DNA of 64,000 nt from an uncultured Terriglobus sp. GTDB lineage: Bacteria > Acidobacteriota > Terriglobia > Terriglobales > Acidobacteriaceae. The stretch covers positions 2,895 to 66,894 of the forward strand of contig CAXTRR010000013.1 in the NCBI GenBank assembly GCA_964246795.1, read 5' to 3'. The translations under genes were made by a program, and so were the position numbers. Shown here one piece after another: positions 1 through 9,514 of the stretch. Every line of letters starts with the position of its first letter. Position 1 is the first letter of the stretch. The notes beneath the pieces are model-generated. The model searched no databases and had not been told where the DNA came from. It was given only the letters and a program-made list of their open reading frames with translations.

Positions 1-444
1 CGCCGGATTGGTGCTTTCCAGCGTGTACCAGTAGATCTGCCCGACAGGGCTCCAGTCCGTGCCGATCTGCGGATTCAGGCCACTGGGCAGGGTCACCAGC
101 GAGAGCCGCTCCAGCACCTTGACGCGGTTCCAGTCGTCCACGCTGTCATCGTCAAAGGTCATCTTGGTGTCCGACAGACCGGCCAGCGAAAACGACCGCA
201 GACTCGTCATGTGCGGGATGCCGGCCATGGCGATCTCGATCGGCACCGTTACCTGCTGCTCCACCTCTTCAGAGGCGCGGCCAGGCCAGTGCGTGATGAC
301 CTCTACGTAGTTGTTGGCCACGTCGGGGTAGGCCTCGACAGGCAGATTGTGAAACGAGATCGCGCCCCAGATAAAGAGGAGGACGGCCACCACCATGACG
401 ATGAAACGGTTGTCGAGGGCAAAGTCGACGATGCGGCGGATCAT
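1..444 (-). CDS. RND efflux permease (CusA/CzcA-AcrB superfamily), N-terminal 148 codons; continues past the window edge
   Basis: Reverse complement of 1-444 starts at ATG(444) and reads MIRRIVDFALDNRFIVMVVAVLLFIWGAISFHNLPVEAYPDVANNYVEVITHWPGRASEEVEQQVTVPIE... This is the canonical N-terminus/TM1 of CzcA/CusA-type pumps. The frame is open to position 1. The start abuts the stop (447-445) of the adaptor gene. It is absent from the ORF track because it runs off the edge. Confidence 0.85.
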   Translation of the reverse strand, partial: MIRRIVDFALDNRFIVMVVAVLLFIWGAISFHNLPVEAYPDVANNYVEVITHWPGRASEEVEQQVTVPIEIAMAGIPHMTSLRSFSLAGLSDTKMTFDDDSVDDWNRVKVLERLSLVTLPSGLNPQIGTDWSPVGQIYWYTLESTNPA

Positions 445-1773
445 TTACTGGGCCGCCGCATTCTGCAGTTCCAACGCGTTTGCAACCACGGGTTGTCCTG
501 CGTCCAGGCCGGCGAGCACCTCAATGATGTTGCCGCTCAGGGCGCGGCCGGTCTTGATCTCGGTAGTGCGAAAGCTGCCGGAGCCGTTTGCCTGCCCCGT
601 TGGGGCTGAACCGGCCGGCTGGAAGACAAAGGCGCGGTCATGCAGATGCAGCACCGCATCCGCCGGAACGACGACCGCGGCGGACTGCTTGGCACTCTGG
701 AAGGTTGCGTTGGCAAACATGCCGAGGCGCAGCGAGCCGTCTGTGTTGGGCACCTGAATGCGCACCTTCGCCGTGCGGATGGACGGGTCGAGAATGGCAC
801 CGATGTCACTGACCGTACCCTTCACCACGCGGCCGGGAAAGGCGCTCAGGCGGATGTCGGCCTGCTCGCCCAGCTTGATGGTGGCCAGGTCGTTCTCGTA
901 GACATCGCACACGATCCACACGTGCGACAGATCGGCGATGGTGAGTGACCCCGTGGAGCCCGCATAAGTCACACCGGCCGCGGCCGAAGCCGTTGCATTC
1001 TGCGAAATCACCACGCCGGAGGTGGGCGCGTAAATGGTTACGGTGTCGCTGGGCTTGTTCTTGTCCACACCCAGAATGCGAAGTTGCTGCTCGCTGGCCC
1101 GCAGCAGCGCGGCGGCGTCCTGCTCGCCGTTTTCTGCAATTTCCAGTTGGCTCTGCGCGATGGCTCCCTTGCCGAAGAGCAGTTTGTCGCGGTCCAGCGT
1201 GATGCGGGTCAGGTGCTCGTCACTCACGGCCTTCAGGTAACTGCCGAAAGCGGTCGCAACATCCGGGCTTTGCACATCCATGATGGCCTGGCCCTTGCGT
1301 ACGGTATCGCCCAGCCGCACCCGCAGGTTTACCACGCGGCCGTTGGCCAGTGAAAGCACTGGCAGCTCGCGGGAAACATCAGGGTTGACCGAGCCAGTTG
1401 CGTTGAGCGTGCTGTAAAGCTGCTGCATGGTGGCGTAAACCAGTGGGAACTGCGCAGGCCTGTCCACAGTAATGGTGCCACCGCCCGTGGCCGAAGCAAC
1501 GGCGACCCTGGAGGGCGGTGCCTCCTGCGCTTCACGCGCGGCCTCACTCTGCTTTGCATGGCATCCGGTCAACAGCAAGCCCGCAAGACAGAGGGGAACC
1601 AGTTTGCAGTTGCGGCGGAAGACGTTTCCGCGCGGAGAAGCCGAAACCTGCCAGAAGGACGAAGATGAAGACCCCGGGCAGACGGGCGCGGTGTTGGGCG
1701 GAAAGGCGGAAGGTGCCCGACCGGCTACAGGCGCGGCCGAGGCCAACCATCCACCTTGGATTCCAGGACGCAT
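445..1773 (-). CDS. Efflux RND periplasmic adaptor (membrane-fusion protein, HlyD/CzcB family)
   Basis: ORF 445-1863. Lipoprotein-type signal KLVPLCLAGLLLTGC, then an MFP-like layout (GQAIMDVQSPDVATAF, TIYAPTSGVVISQNA, RTAKVRIQVPN). Sits directly upstream of the RND pump. The start is uncertain: the in-frame ATGs (1863, 1773) lie well upstream of the signal peptide. Confidence 0.8.
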   Translation of the reverse strand: MRPGIQGGWLASAAPVAGRAPSAFPPNTAPVCPGSSSSSFWQVSASPRGNVFRRNCKLVPLCLAGLLLTGCHAKQSEAAREAQEAPPSRVAVASATGGGTITVDRPAQFPLVYATMQQLYSTLNATGSVNPDVSRELPVLSLANGRVVNLRVRLGDTVRKGQAIMDVQSPDVATAFGSYLKAVSDEHLTRITLDRDKLLFGKGAIAQSQLEIAENGEQDAAALLRASEQQLRILGVDKNKPSDTVTIYAPTSGVVISQNATASAAAGVTYAGSTGSLTIADLSHVWIVCDVYENDLATIKLGEQADIRLSAFPGRVVKGTVSDIGAILDPSIRTAKVRIQVPNTDGSLRLGMFANATFQSAKQSAAVVVPADAVLHLHDRAFVFQPAGSAPTGQANGSGSFRTTEIKTGRALSGNIIEVLAGLDAGQPVVANALELQNAAAQ

Positions 1774-1905
1774 TCGAGTAGACCTCACAAAAGCCGCGAT
1801 CGGATTACGTCGCGAAAAGAACCGAACAGGAAACGAAGTATGTCCAGACCACGCCACTGTCATAAAGCCCGCTTGTTACGTACAAAGTGACGGGGAGCGC
1901 GGCAG

Positions 1906-2313
1906 CTACCGTGCGAAGTTCAGCAGGGTGGGCGGACGGATGGCGGCGGGCCGGAAGCGCGGCATGCGGGCAGGCAGGCGTCCTTCCAGGCTCATGCGTT
2001 CCGCCAGGCGCTGGCGCACCAGCAGCAGAAAGGCGCACATGAGCAGAAGCGCACCTCCATCAAGAAAGGTGGGCAGCAACGGCGCGGGCAGCGGCTCGAA
2101 GATATGACGCAGGCTCAGCTCCATGCCGGAGTTCGCGGCCTGCAGGTCATCGGTCATACTGATGGCGGGAAACAAAAGCACCGCCAGCAGCACGGAGCAG
2201 ATGAGACCAGTCCAGAGGGAAAGGCGCAGCTTGCCCCGCCGCCCGGCAACGACGCAACTGCCACAGAGCAGCATCGCAACGGACAGCCACAGCAGATTGA
2301 GCGCAGTCTCCAT
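1906..2313 (-). CDS. Hypothetical small membrane protein (about 3 TM segments)
   Basis: ORF 1906-2394. Internal ATG at 2313 gives METALNLLWLSVAMLLCGSC... with hydrophobic segments. No family recognised. Lies between the porin and the efflux adaptor. Confidence 0.4.
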   Translation of the reverse strand: METALNLLWLSVAMLLCGSCVVAGRRGKLRLSLWTGLICSVLLAVLLFPAISMTDDLQAANSGMELSLRHIFEPLPAPLLPTFLDGGALLLMCAFLLLVRQRLAERMSLEGRLPARMPRFRPAAIRPPTLLNFAR

Positions 2314-2415
2314 TGAGAACAGCTTACCGCACAGTTGGCAAAGGGACGGGGCACAGGCGGACCATGGCAGGATGTTGATTTGCAAGAAGTTCACCGCGCG
2401 CCCCTTTCCGTCGAA

Positions 2416-3918
2416 TTAGAAGTGGTACGTTACATCGCCCGCGACGATGAATTGGGTCTTCTTGGTGCCGAGGTCATACGCGCGCAGGTCGTAGCTGTGT
2501 TCCAGCCGGATCTCCGGACGGAATAACACCGTTGAGCCGATCCAGTGGCCGTAGCTGATCAGGTGCTCACTATATTTTGTGGCGTAACCGGTGCGCTGGC
2601 CCTTGATATCGTCCACGAACTCATTGCGGATGGACAGGTAGTTATGTGTATTGAACTCGCGCTCCACATAGTTGGTAATTGCGACTTCCGGAGCGAAGCA
2701 GGTTAGCCTGCCTGCCGCGCAGAAGGCACCGTTTGCGCCGATCTCCGGAGTAATCGGGTTGGCGACATTTCCCGCGATATTTGGCACCTGGCGCTCATAC
2801 ATGTACCAGGCCTCCGTGTCGGTGTGCCACTTGGCATTGAACTTGTGGTAATACGTCACAAAGTAACTCTGAATGTTGTTATAGGCGTACTTACCGCTAT
2901 TCAGAGAGTTCACGCACGTGTACACCGCGTCACCGCCCTTGTGCCAGGTGTAATCCACGCAGCCCGTAAAGGTGGGCTTGGCGTCCTTTGTCCAGAGGGC
3001 AACGTCATTGCCGTCCGAAATACCTAACTGAATGAGCCAGTGATCGGAAAGCTTGATACTGGAAACGATGCCCTCCTGCGTGTAAGGGTCCACCGTATAG
3101 AGCAGCGAGTGCGAGTATGTGTAGTTGTTTGGAGCCAACTGCGCCTCAATGTCAGGCAGTGAAATATACCGGCCGATGCGGACGTTCATGCCCTTGGCCA
3201 CGTGCGGAAAATAGATATCCGCGTACACCATCACAGGGTCGTAGCCGTTCTGGTGATTCTTCTGTAGCAGCTGCTGCGAGAAGATTCCCTTGGTCGTGGT
3301 GTAGCGGTAGTCCTGGCCATACAACTGGGCAATGCGAAAACCCCAGTCGATGTGATCGGTCTGCACTGTGTCCGGCAGCCGTTCGATATAGAGCACCTGC
3401 TGATCGGCGGTCACCCGGTTCGGGCTGTAATAATATGCCGCTGGAGAGTTCGCACCGATACCTTTGTTCGACGTACTTACATTGAAGCCGCCGTTCAGCC
3501 AGCCATACACCTTGATGCGGGACTTATTGCCGTTAATCGCTTGCATCAGGATGTAGGTCTGAGTGTCCGGCGCACCAATTACCGGCGTGCCGCCAACAGA
3601 ATAGTCATTGCCAGGAAAGGGCGGTGAGTCCAGCGGGCCATCATAGCCGCGGCGCTTCGGTGCTGGCGAAGGTGGCTGGGTGGGGTGCCAGTCTTCCTTA
3701 TAAGCCCGGGCAAAGCGCGCAAAGAAGTTACCGTGCGTGTCTGGCTCGGTATTCTTTTCAGACTGCACACCGGGGCCCGTCTGGCCATCCAGACTGGAAG
3801 AGATTTCAGCAGGCGCGATCAGGCTTGCCGTCGAGTAAGAGGTGTATTGCTCCTGGGCGTACGTTGCGCCGGAAGTGAGCAAGCAAGCCAGGAAGAGAGA
3901 AGACTTCAACATGAACAA
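2416..3918 (-). CDS. Outer-membrane beta-barrel porin (BBP2/OmpL-like family)
   Basis: Signal peptide MFMLKSSLFLACLLTSGATYAQE. Alternating aromatic beta-strand pattern. RIGRYISLPDIEAQLAPNNYTYSHS motif typical of BBP2 porins. C-terminal ...VTYHF ends in aromatic Phe. Confidence 0.75.
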   Translation of the reverse strand: MFMLKSSLFLACLLTSGATYAQEQYTSYSTASLIAPAEISSSLDGQTGPGVQSEKNTEPDTHGNFFARFARAYKEDWHPTQPPSPAPKRRGYDGPLDSPPFPGNDYSVGGTPVIGAPDTQTYILMQAINGNKSRIKVYGWLNGGFNVSTSNKGIGANSPAAYYYSPNRVTADQQVLYIERLPDTVQTDHIDWGFRIAQLYGQDYRYTTTKGIFSQQLLQKNHQNGYDPVMVYADIYFPHVAKGMNVRIGRYISLPDIEAQLAPNNYTYSHSLLYTVDPYTQEGIVSSIKLSDHWLIQLGISDGNDVALWTKDAKPTFTGCVDYTWHKGGDAVYTCVNSLNSGKYAYNNIQSYFVTYYHKFNAKWHTDTEAWYMYERQVPNIAGNVANPITPEIGANGAFCAAGRLTCFAPEVAITNYVEREFNTHNYLSIRNEFVDDIKGQRTGYATKYSEHLISYGHWIGSTVLFRPEIRLEHSYDLRAYDLGTKKTQFIVAGDVTYHF

Positions 3919-4152
3919 ATGCCGTCCTTTGAACCTTCACCATTACATGGCAAGCACCTGTAAGTTTTCCGTAAGAACGTGCCACCGGACGAGCGGCGGG
4001 GGAGGTGGCCAATGAACGTCATCTCCTAATGCAACTATGAGGGAATTCGACCCGCGAAGCTGCCCATGTTATGCCCACACGGCGGCAACTGGCAGATGCG
4101 GGATGGCAGACGGCAGGAGCTAATGGAAGCTCACTGCCGTTTGGCACGGCAC

Positions 4153-4740
4153 TTACCCAACGTGAGGACGCTGAAGGATCTCAAGCCTGACCCTGGCCAG
4201 GCCGCTGCGCAGGATACCGAGTTCATCGGCTGCGGCCGCGGAAAGATCGATCACGCGACCCGGGGCCAGCACACCGCGGTCATTAATCCGAACGATGACG
4301 GAGCGGCTTGTGTTCAGGTCCGTGACGCGGACAATGGTGCCAAAGGGGAGGGTACGGTGCGCCGCGGTCAACTCGTGCTCGGCAAAGGTCTCACCAGAAG
4401 CGGTATGGTGCCCCTCCAACACGGAACCATACCAGGAGGCAATACCGCTGAGCGGATTGGTGTGGAAGACGCTGGCGTGCACAACACGGTTGAAGAAGCG
4501 AGTTCCGGCGTTTTGCCGGCGGACCTTGGCGAGCGCTGCCGCGGGCGGCTCCACAGGGCGGGCGAGGGCCAGTGGATGGTGGCGCGCCGTATGGACGTGA
4601 TACACCGTTGCAGTGACGCCACAGATGCTGGCCGCGGACATGCAGCCGGCTACCAGAATGGCCCTGGCACGGCCTTCGATGGAGTTACTGCGGAAGCCGT
4701 GCCGGAATGCAGGCAGGGCGTGCCTTCCTCGGCTCAGCAA
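4153..4740 (-). CDS. rlpA: Septal ring lytic transglycosylase RlpA-family lipoprotein (DPBB domain)
   Basis: GIASWYGSVLEGHHTASGETFAEHELTAAHRTLPFGTIVRVTDLNTSRSVIVRINDRGVLAPGRVIDLS is the RlpA double-psi beta-barrel signature. Lipobox ILVAGC. The maximal ORF extends to 4908; TTG at 4740 gives a sensible signal peptide. Confidence 0.8.
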   Translation of the reverse strand: MLSRGRHALPAFRHGFRSNSIEGRARAILVAGCMSAASICGVTATVYHVHTARHHPLALARPVEPPAAALAKVRRQNAGTRFFNRVVHASVFHTNPLSGIASWYGSVLEGHHTASGETFAEHELTAAHRTLPFGTIVRVTDLNTSRSVIVRINDRGVLAPGRVIDLSAAAADELGILRSGLARVRLEILQRPHVG

Positions 4741-5006
4741 GCCCGCCGGCTGGAGGGAAGGAGCGGTGGAAGTGGCCAAAGGCGAGAAGCTCTCAAAACC
4801 TTTGGAAGTTTTGGCGCGGAAGTCGAGAACCGGGTCTTTTCCGGGGCGATTGCTGATCAAGCAGATACCTGCACGACGAAGAACCGAACGGGGCTTGCTT
4901 TCCCACAAGCTTCTATGTTGCTTTGGTCAGAGGGACGCTGTTGTGTCGAGCCTTCCGCGGCGCCCTTCCTGAAAGACATACGCGGCATGGTGTTCCGGCT
5001 CCAGCA

Positions 5007-6413
5007 ATGTCCCTGAGCTCCCCTGTTTTCTTCGTCTTCTTTCTGACTGGAATTGCGCTCTTCTGGGCGCTTGTTCGGTTCCGGAGAGCCCAGCAAGTGG
5101 TGCTGCTGCTATGCAATCTCTTTTTCCTGGCGAAGTTCGGCCTGGTGTACCTGCTGCTTCCACTGGCGGCCACGATCGACTTCGGGCTTGGACGCGCACT
5201 CGGGAAGCAGGCAAGCTCACCCCGACTTCGCCAAACCTTGGTTAGCCTATCACTGATCCTGAATCTCGGACTGCTCCTTTTGTTCAAACTTCTCCCACTT
5301 TTGCGGGGCAATGTCTGGGGCTGGCTCTTCACCCTGAGCCTCTCGTTTTATTGCTTTCAATCACTTAGCTACACCATCGACCTGTACCGGGGCGAAGCCA
5401 AGGCCGAGCCGGACATCCTGCGCTATCTGGGTGCGGCGCTCTTCTTTCCGGTGATCCTGGCCGGACCTATCCCCCGCACTACCAAGCTGCTGAAGCAGAT
5501 GGCGAAGCCCTTTGCCCTGAGCCGCGAACAGGCCGCCACGGCGCTTCTGCTGATCGGCACCGGCCTGGTAAAGAAGCTGCTGGTGGCCGACTATTTGGCC
5601 GACAACTTCGTGAACCGCGTCTTTGACACGCCCACCCTTTACAGTGGCGCGGAAAATCTGCTGGCCGTCTACGGCTATGCTCTGCAGCTCTTCATGGACT
5701 TCAGCGGCTACACGGACATTGCCATCGGCGTGGCGCTGCTGCTCGGCTTTACCGTGCCGGAGAACTTCCGCACGCCCTATCTGGCAACCAACCTGCAGGA
5801 CTTCTGGAAGCGCTGGCACATCAGCTTCTCGTCATGGCTGACGGATTACCTGTTCGAGTCGCTCCCCAAAAGCCGCCGTTTTCCGCCGGTCACCTATGGG
5901 TACGCGTTTGTGCTGACGTTTCTGCTGGGCGGCCTCTGGCACGGGATCACGTGGAACTTCCTCATTTGGGGCGCGTTGCACGGGGTTGGCCTGTGGTGCT
6001 TTTACCTGCTTACGCTTTGGCGGCGAAAGCGGGGCAAGAATCTACGCCTCAAAACCGAGACGTCGAGCACCCGTGCTGCTGTTGGCCGGGTTGGGGCAAC
6101 GTTGCTGACCTTCCACTTCGTCTGCTTTACCTGGATTTTCTTTCGTGCTCAGGACCTCCCCACCGCAAAGCTGATCCTGCGGCAGATTGGCTCGCATACC
6201 GCGGGCCTGGAGAATGTGACGCCGCTGCTGGCCGGCGTGCTCATTTTTGCGGCACTCGCGCACTGCATTCCGCCGGAGTGGTTTGCGGCCTGCGCGCGGC
6301 TGGGCGACCGCATTCCCTTCTGGGCGCAGGGAGCGGCGCTGGCCGGTGTTGTGCTGCTCATCCAGGCGCTGGCGGGACAAGGATCGGCGGGGTTTGTGTA
6401 TGGCAATTTCTAA
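5007..6413 (+). CDS. MBOAT-family membrane O-acyltransferase (AlgI/PatA/DltB-like)
   Basis: Polytopic membrane protein with MBOAT motifs FWKRWHISFSSWLTDYLF and LGGLWHG. ATG at 5007 gives an MSLSSPVFFVFFL... N-terminus typical of AlgI-like proteins. Confidence 0.9.
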   Translation: MSLSSPVFFVFFLTGIALFWALVRFRRAQQVVLLLCNLFFLAKFGLVYLLLPLAATIDFGLGRALGKQASSPRLRQTLVSLSLILNLGLLLLFKLLPLLRGNVWGWLFTLSLSFYCFQSLSYTIDLYRGEAKAEPDILRYLGAALFFPVILAGPIPRTTKLLKQMAKPFALSREQAATALLLIGTGLVKKLLVADYLADNFVNRVFDTPTLYSGAENLLAVYGYALQLFMDFSGYTDIAIGVALLLGFTVPENFRTPYLATNLQDFWKRWHISFSSWLTDYLFESLPKSRRFPPVTYGYAFVLTFLLGGLWHGITWNFLIWGALHGVGLWCFYLLTLWRRKRGKNLRLKTETSSTRAAVGRVGATLLTFHFVCFTWIFFRAQDLPTAKLILRQIGSHTAGLENVTPLLAGVLIFAALAHCIPPEWFAACARLGDRIPFWAQGAALAGVVLLIQALAGQGSAGFVYGNF

Positions 6414-8070
6414 CGAAGGCAGCAAGCCGGCGGGCCAGCGAGCGAGCGAGACAGCGATTGCCGCCGGAGCTTTTCCGGCGAAGGCCGCACTGGCGCTTGG
6501 TACGGCAATCATCCTCCTCTTTGGTGCGCACTGGTGGCGGGACGGCCATGGCGACCGTTCGCGCGGCGTTGACTTCCTGAGCTTTCCGGGCATGGTGCGG
6601 CAGGCCGCGATGCTGCATCTGCCGCGACGGCCGCACCCCGCTACGTCCACATCGCCGCTGAACGGCGTGCAACTTACCCGCAACCAGAGCGCTTCTTCCC
6701 TGGCCAACGGAACCCCTTCCTCTGTCGGCGCGCCAGCCAACCAGCCAGCCCGGCCGCCCGGGGCGCCCGGGGCGCCCGCCGGCATCTCACCCGTACTGAT
6801 CGACGACAGCCGTGCCCTCGACCCCTTCTTCGCCCAGTTGTGGACACTGCAGCAGCACAAGCAGCCGCAAGTCGTGACCGTGCTGCATTACGGCGACTCG
6901 CCCACCACCGCCGACCTGATCACTGGCGATGTCCGCGCCATTCTTCAGGAGCGCTTTGGCGATGCCGGCCACGGCTATAACCTGGGCGCAAAGCCTTGGG
7001 CCTGGTACGGCCACCGCGACGTGGAAATCAGCGACAAGGGCTGGGCTTCCTCACAGAAGGACGCTACCGGCGTTGGCCGCATGGAGCAGAGCATTTACGG
7101 CCTGGGCGGAGCCATCTTTACCGGCAGCGCGGGCGCGCAAACCGTGTACACGCTCAAAGACGCAGCAGCGGCGCCACCAACTTCCGTGACAGTGAGCTAC
7201 TTCGCTTCGCCAGGGTCGGGCACGCTCACGGTCTCCTCCGGCGACACCTCGATCGTGACCATCGCGACGGGCGCGGAGACATCCGGGCCTGCATCGACGG
7301 CCGTTCCGCTGCCGCCCGGCACCAAGTCGGTCAAACTGGCCGTCACCAACGGTACGGTGAAGCTCTTTGGCGCGGACTTCCGGCGTGGCGATGCCGGCAT
7401 TCTCTACGACTCGCTCGGCCTGAACGGTGCGACCACGACGGTGATCTCCCGCACTTTCGACCCAGAGGCGTGGGCGGCGGAGTTGAAGCAGGCCAGCCCA
7501 TCGCTCATCGTGATCAATTACGGCACGAACGAAAGCCAGTTCAGCGGCCTGGTGGAAACGCTCGACAAGGAGCTGCGCGCGGCCATCGACAAAACGCGTG
7601 CGGCCGCGCCCGGCGTGCCCATCCTGATCATGAGTCCAATGGATCGTGGCGAGCACAGCGGCTCCGATATCCACACCAATCCGGCCATCCCGCAGATCGT
7701 CGCCATCCAGCAGAAAGTTGCGGCCGACACCCATTGCGCCTTCTTCAACACCTATCAGGCCATGGGCGGCGACGGCACCATGGCGCGCTGGTACGGGGCC
7801 AGTCCCCGCCTGGTGACGGCCGACTTGATCCACCCCACGCCGCAGGGCGCCGTGATCGTAGCGCAACTGCTGGTGGACGACCTGTACCGCGGCTTCGACC
7901 GCTGGAAGCGCGCGCAGGGCATCGGCGTTGTAGTCGTGAAAAACCCCAGCGACGTGGCAAAAGAGCGTGCCGAAGCCAAAGCCAAGGCCAACGCCGAGCG
8001 GAAAGCGGTAAGAGCCAAAGCTCTGGAGGAGAAAAGGGCTGCTACTGCAGCAAAAAGGAATTCGCCTTAA
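6400..8070 (+). CDS. Exported SGNH/GDSL-family hydrolase/acyltransferase (PatB/AlgJ/DltD-like partner of the MBOAT)
   Basis: ATG 6400 overlaps the MBOAT stop by 14 nt. N-terminal signal anchor. SGNH blocks VLHYGDSPTTAD, LIVINYGTNES, DLIHPTPQGA. Lys/Ala-rich C-terminal tail. Paralogue of 55538-57478. Confidence 0.8.
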   Translation: MAISNEGSKPAGQRASETAIAAGAFPAKAALALGTAIILLFGAHWWRDGHGDRSRGVDFLSFPGMVRQAAMLHLPRRPHPATSTSPLNGVQLTRNQSASSLANGTPSSVGAPANQPARPPGAPGAPAGISPVLIDDSRALDPFFAQLWTLQQHKQPQVVTVLHYGDSPTTADLITGDVRAILQERFGDAGHGYNLGAKPWAWYGHRDVEISDKGWASSQKDATGVGRMEQSIYGLGGAIFTGSAGAQTVYTLKDAAAAPPTSVTVSYFASPGSGTLTVSSGDTSIVTIATGAETSGPASTAVPLPPGTKSVKLAVTNGTVKLFGADFRRGDAGILYDSLGLNGATTTVISRTFDPEAWAAELKQASPSLIVINYGTNESQFSGLVETLDKELRAAIDKTRAAAPGVPILIMSPMDRGEHSGSDIHTNPAIPQIVAIQQKVAADTHCAFFNTYQAMGGDGTMARWYGASPRLVTADLIHPTPQGAVIVAQLLVDDLYRGFDRWKRAQGIGVVVVKNPSDVAKERAEAKAKANAERKAVRAKALEEKRAATAAKRNSP

Positions 8071-8151
8071 TTACCTTAATAAAAGCTGATTTTCCTGAAT
8101 ATTTTACCTTGCATATTGAACACAACGTGTTTGATTTGCTAGGATGAATCC

Positions 8152-9336
8152 ATGGTCTCGCGGATGTCCAGGCCACTCATTGAGCACGCTCTTACCGAGC
8201 AGGCGGCAGTGTGCATCATCGGTCCGCGTCAGGTCGGCAAAACCACCGTTGCCCGGAAGATTGCAGATTCCCGCAGCGGTTCGATCTATTTGGACCTGGA
8301 GGCCCGTGAGGATCGTGAGCGGCTCGCCGAGCCTGCGCTGTTCCTGCGCCAGTTTGAGAAAAGTCTGGTGGTGCTGGACGAGATTCACCGTGCGCCGGAT
8401 ATCTTCAGCGCCCTTCGCGGCATTATCGATCAGGGCAGACGCAGTGGTCACGGGATTGGCCGCTTTCTCCTCCTCGGCTCCGCCGCAATCGACTTGTTGC
8501 GGCAGTCCAGTGAGAGTCTTGCCGGCCGGCTCACCTACATCGAGATGAACCCTTTTGAGGTGCTGGAATTGCCGAATGAAACAGCTGTCTCCGATCAGCT
8601 CTGGAATCGTGGCGGCTTTCCGGGCAGCTATCTCGCCCGCAGCGATGCATCCAGCTTGCGATGGCGCACTGACTTCATTCGTACCTATCTGGAGCGCGAT
8701 GTGCCTCAGTTCGGGCCGCGTGTGCCTGCCGGCGTGCTGCAGAGGCTGTGGACAATGCTGGCCCATGGGCAGGGATCGCTCCTGAACGCCTCCCGTTTGT
8801 CATCCGCTTTGCAGGTAGCGGCTCCCACCGTGCAGCGCTATATCGATTTACTCGCGGATCTGCTGCTGGTGCGGCGGCTGCTGCCGTTTCATAACAACGC
8901 GGGAAAGCGTTTGGTGAAGTCGCCAAAGGTCTATGTACGAGATAGCGGCCTTGTCCACGCGCTGCTCGGGCTCAGGAGCGCCGCCGACGTGGCAGGGCAT
9001 CCGGTAGCAGGAGCATCGTGGGAGGGTTTTGTGATTGAGAATCTCATCGCGGCCGCCCCTGCGCGCACGGTCGCCTCGTTCTATCGAACAGCGGCAGGCG
9101 CGGAGATCGACCTGCTCCTCGAAATTCCTGGCCATGGCCTGTGGGCTGTTGAGATCAAGCGAGGCCTGTCCAGCCGGCCGGAAAGGGGCTTCTATACCGC
9201 CTGTGAAGATTTGCAGCCCGAGCACCGCTTTCTGGTGAACGCCGGCGTGGAGCAATACCCGCTCAACGCGACGACCACAGCCATCGGCCTGCACGCGCTT
9301 GCCCGGAGACTGGAAGATTTGTCAAAGGAAACGTAA
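8152..9336 (+). CDS. AAA+ ATPase with DUF4143-type C-terminal domain
   Basis: Walker A IIGPRQVGKTT, Walker B VVLDEIH. The overall ~390-aa layout matches the widespread ATPase/DUF4143 family. Preceded by an 80-nt AT-rich spacer (8071-8151). Confidence 0.85.
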   Translation: MVSRMSRPLIEHALTEQAAVCIIGPRQVGKTTVARKIADSRSGSIYLDLEAREDRERLAEPALFLRQFEKSLVVLDEIHRAPDIFSALRGIIDQGRRSGHGIGRFLLLGSAAIDLLRQSSESLAGRLTYIEMNPFEVLELPNETAVSDQLWNRGGFPGSYLARSDASSLRWRTDFIRTYLERDVPQFGPRVPAGVLQRLWTMLAHGQGSLLNASRLSSALQVAAPTVQRYIDLLADLLLVRRLLPFHNNAGKRLVKSPKVYVRDSGLVHALLGLRSAADVAGHPVAGASWEGFVIENLIAAAPARTVASFYRTAAGAEIDLLLEIPGHGLWAVEIKRGLSSRPERGFYTACEDLQPEHRFLVNAGVEQYPLNATTTAIGLHALARRLEDLSKET

Positions 9337-9514
9337 GAAACAGGCTGTGTGCCCTGGCAGAACTGGCCGGCCTGCTCCCGTTATAATCAGATGTTCGTGC
9401 GCGACCGGTTCCTTCGGGGCCAGGGCTGGTGCGCTCCGCGAATCTTCCGGACACCAGACCTGCCATGGCAGCTCAGAATTTCCTATCCCAAGAAACTCGA
9501 GACAACGACCCAAC

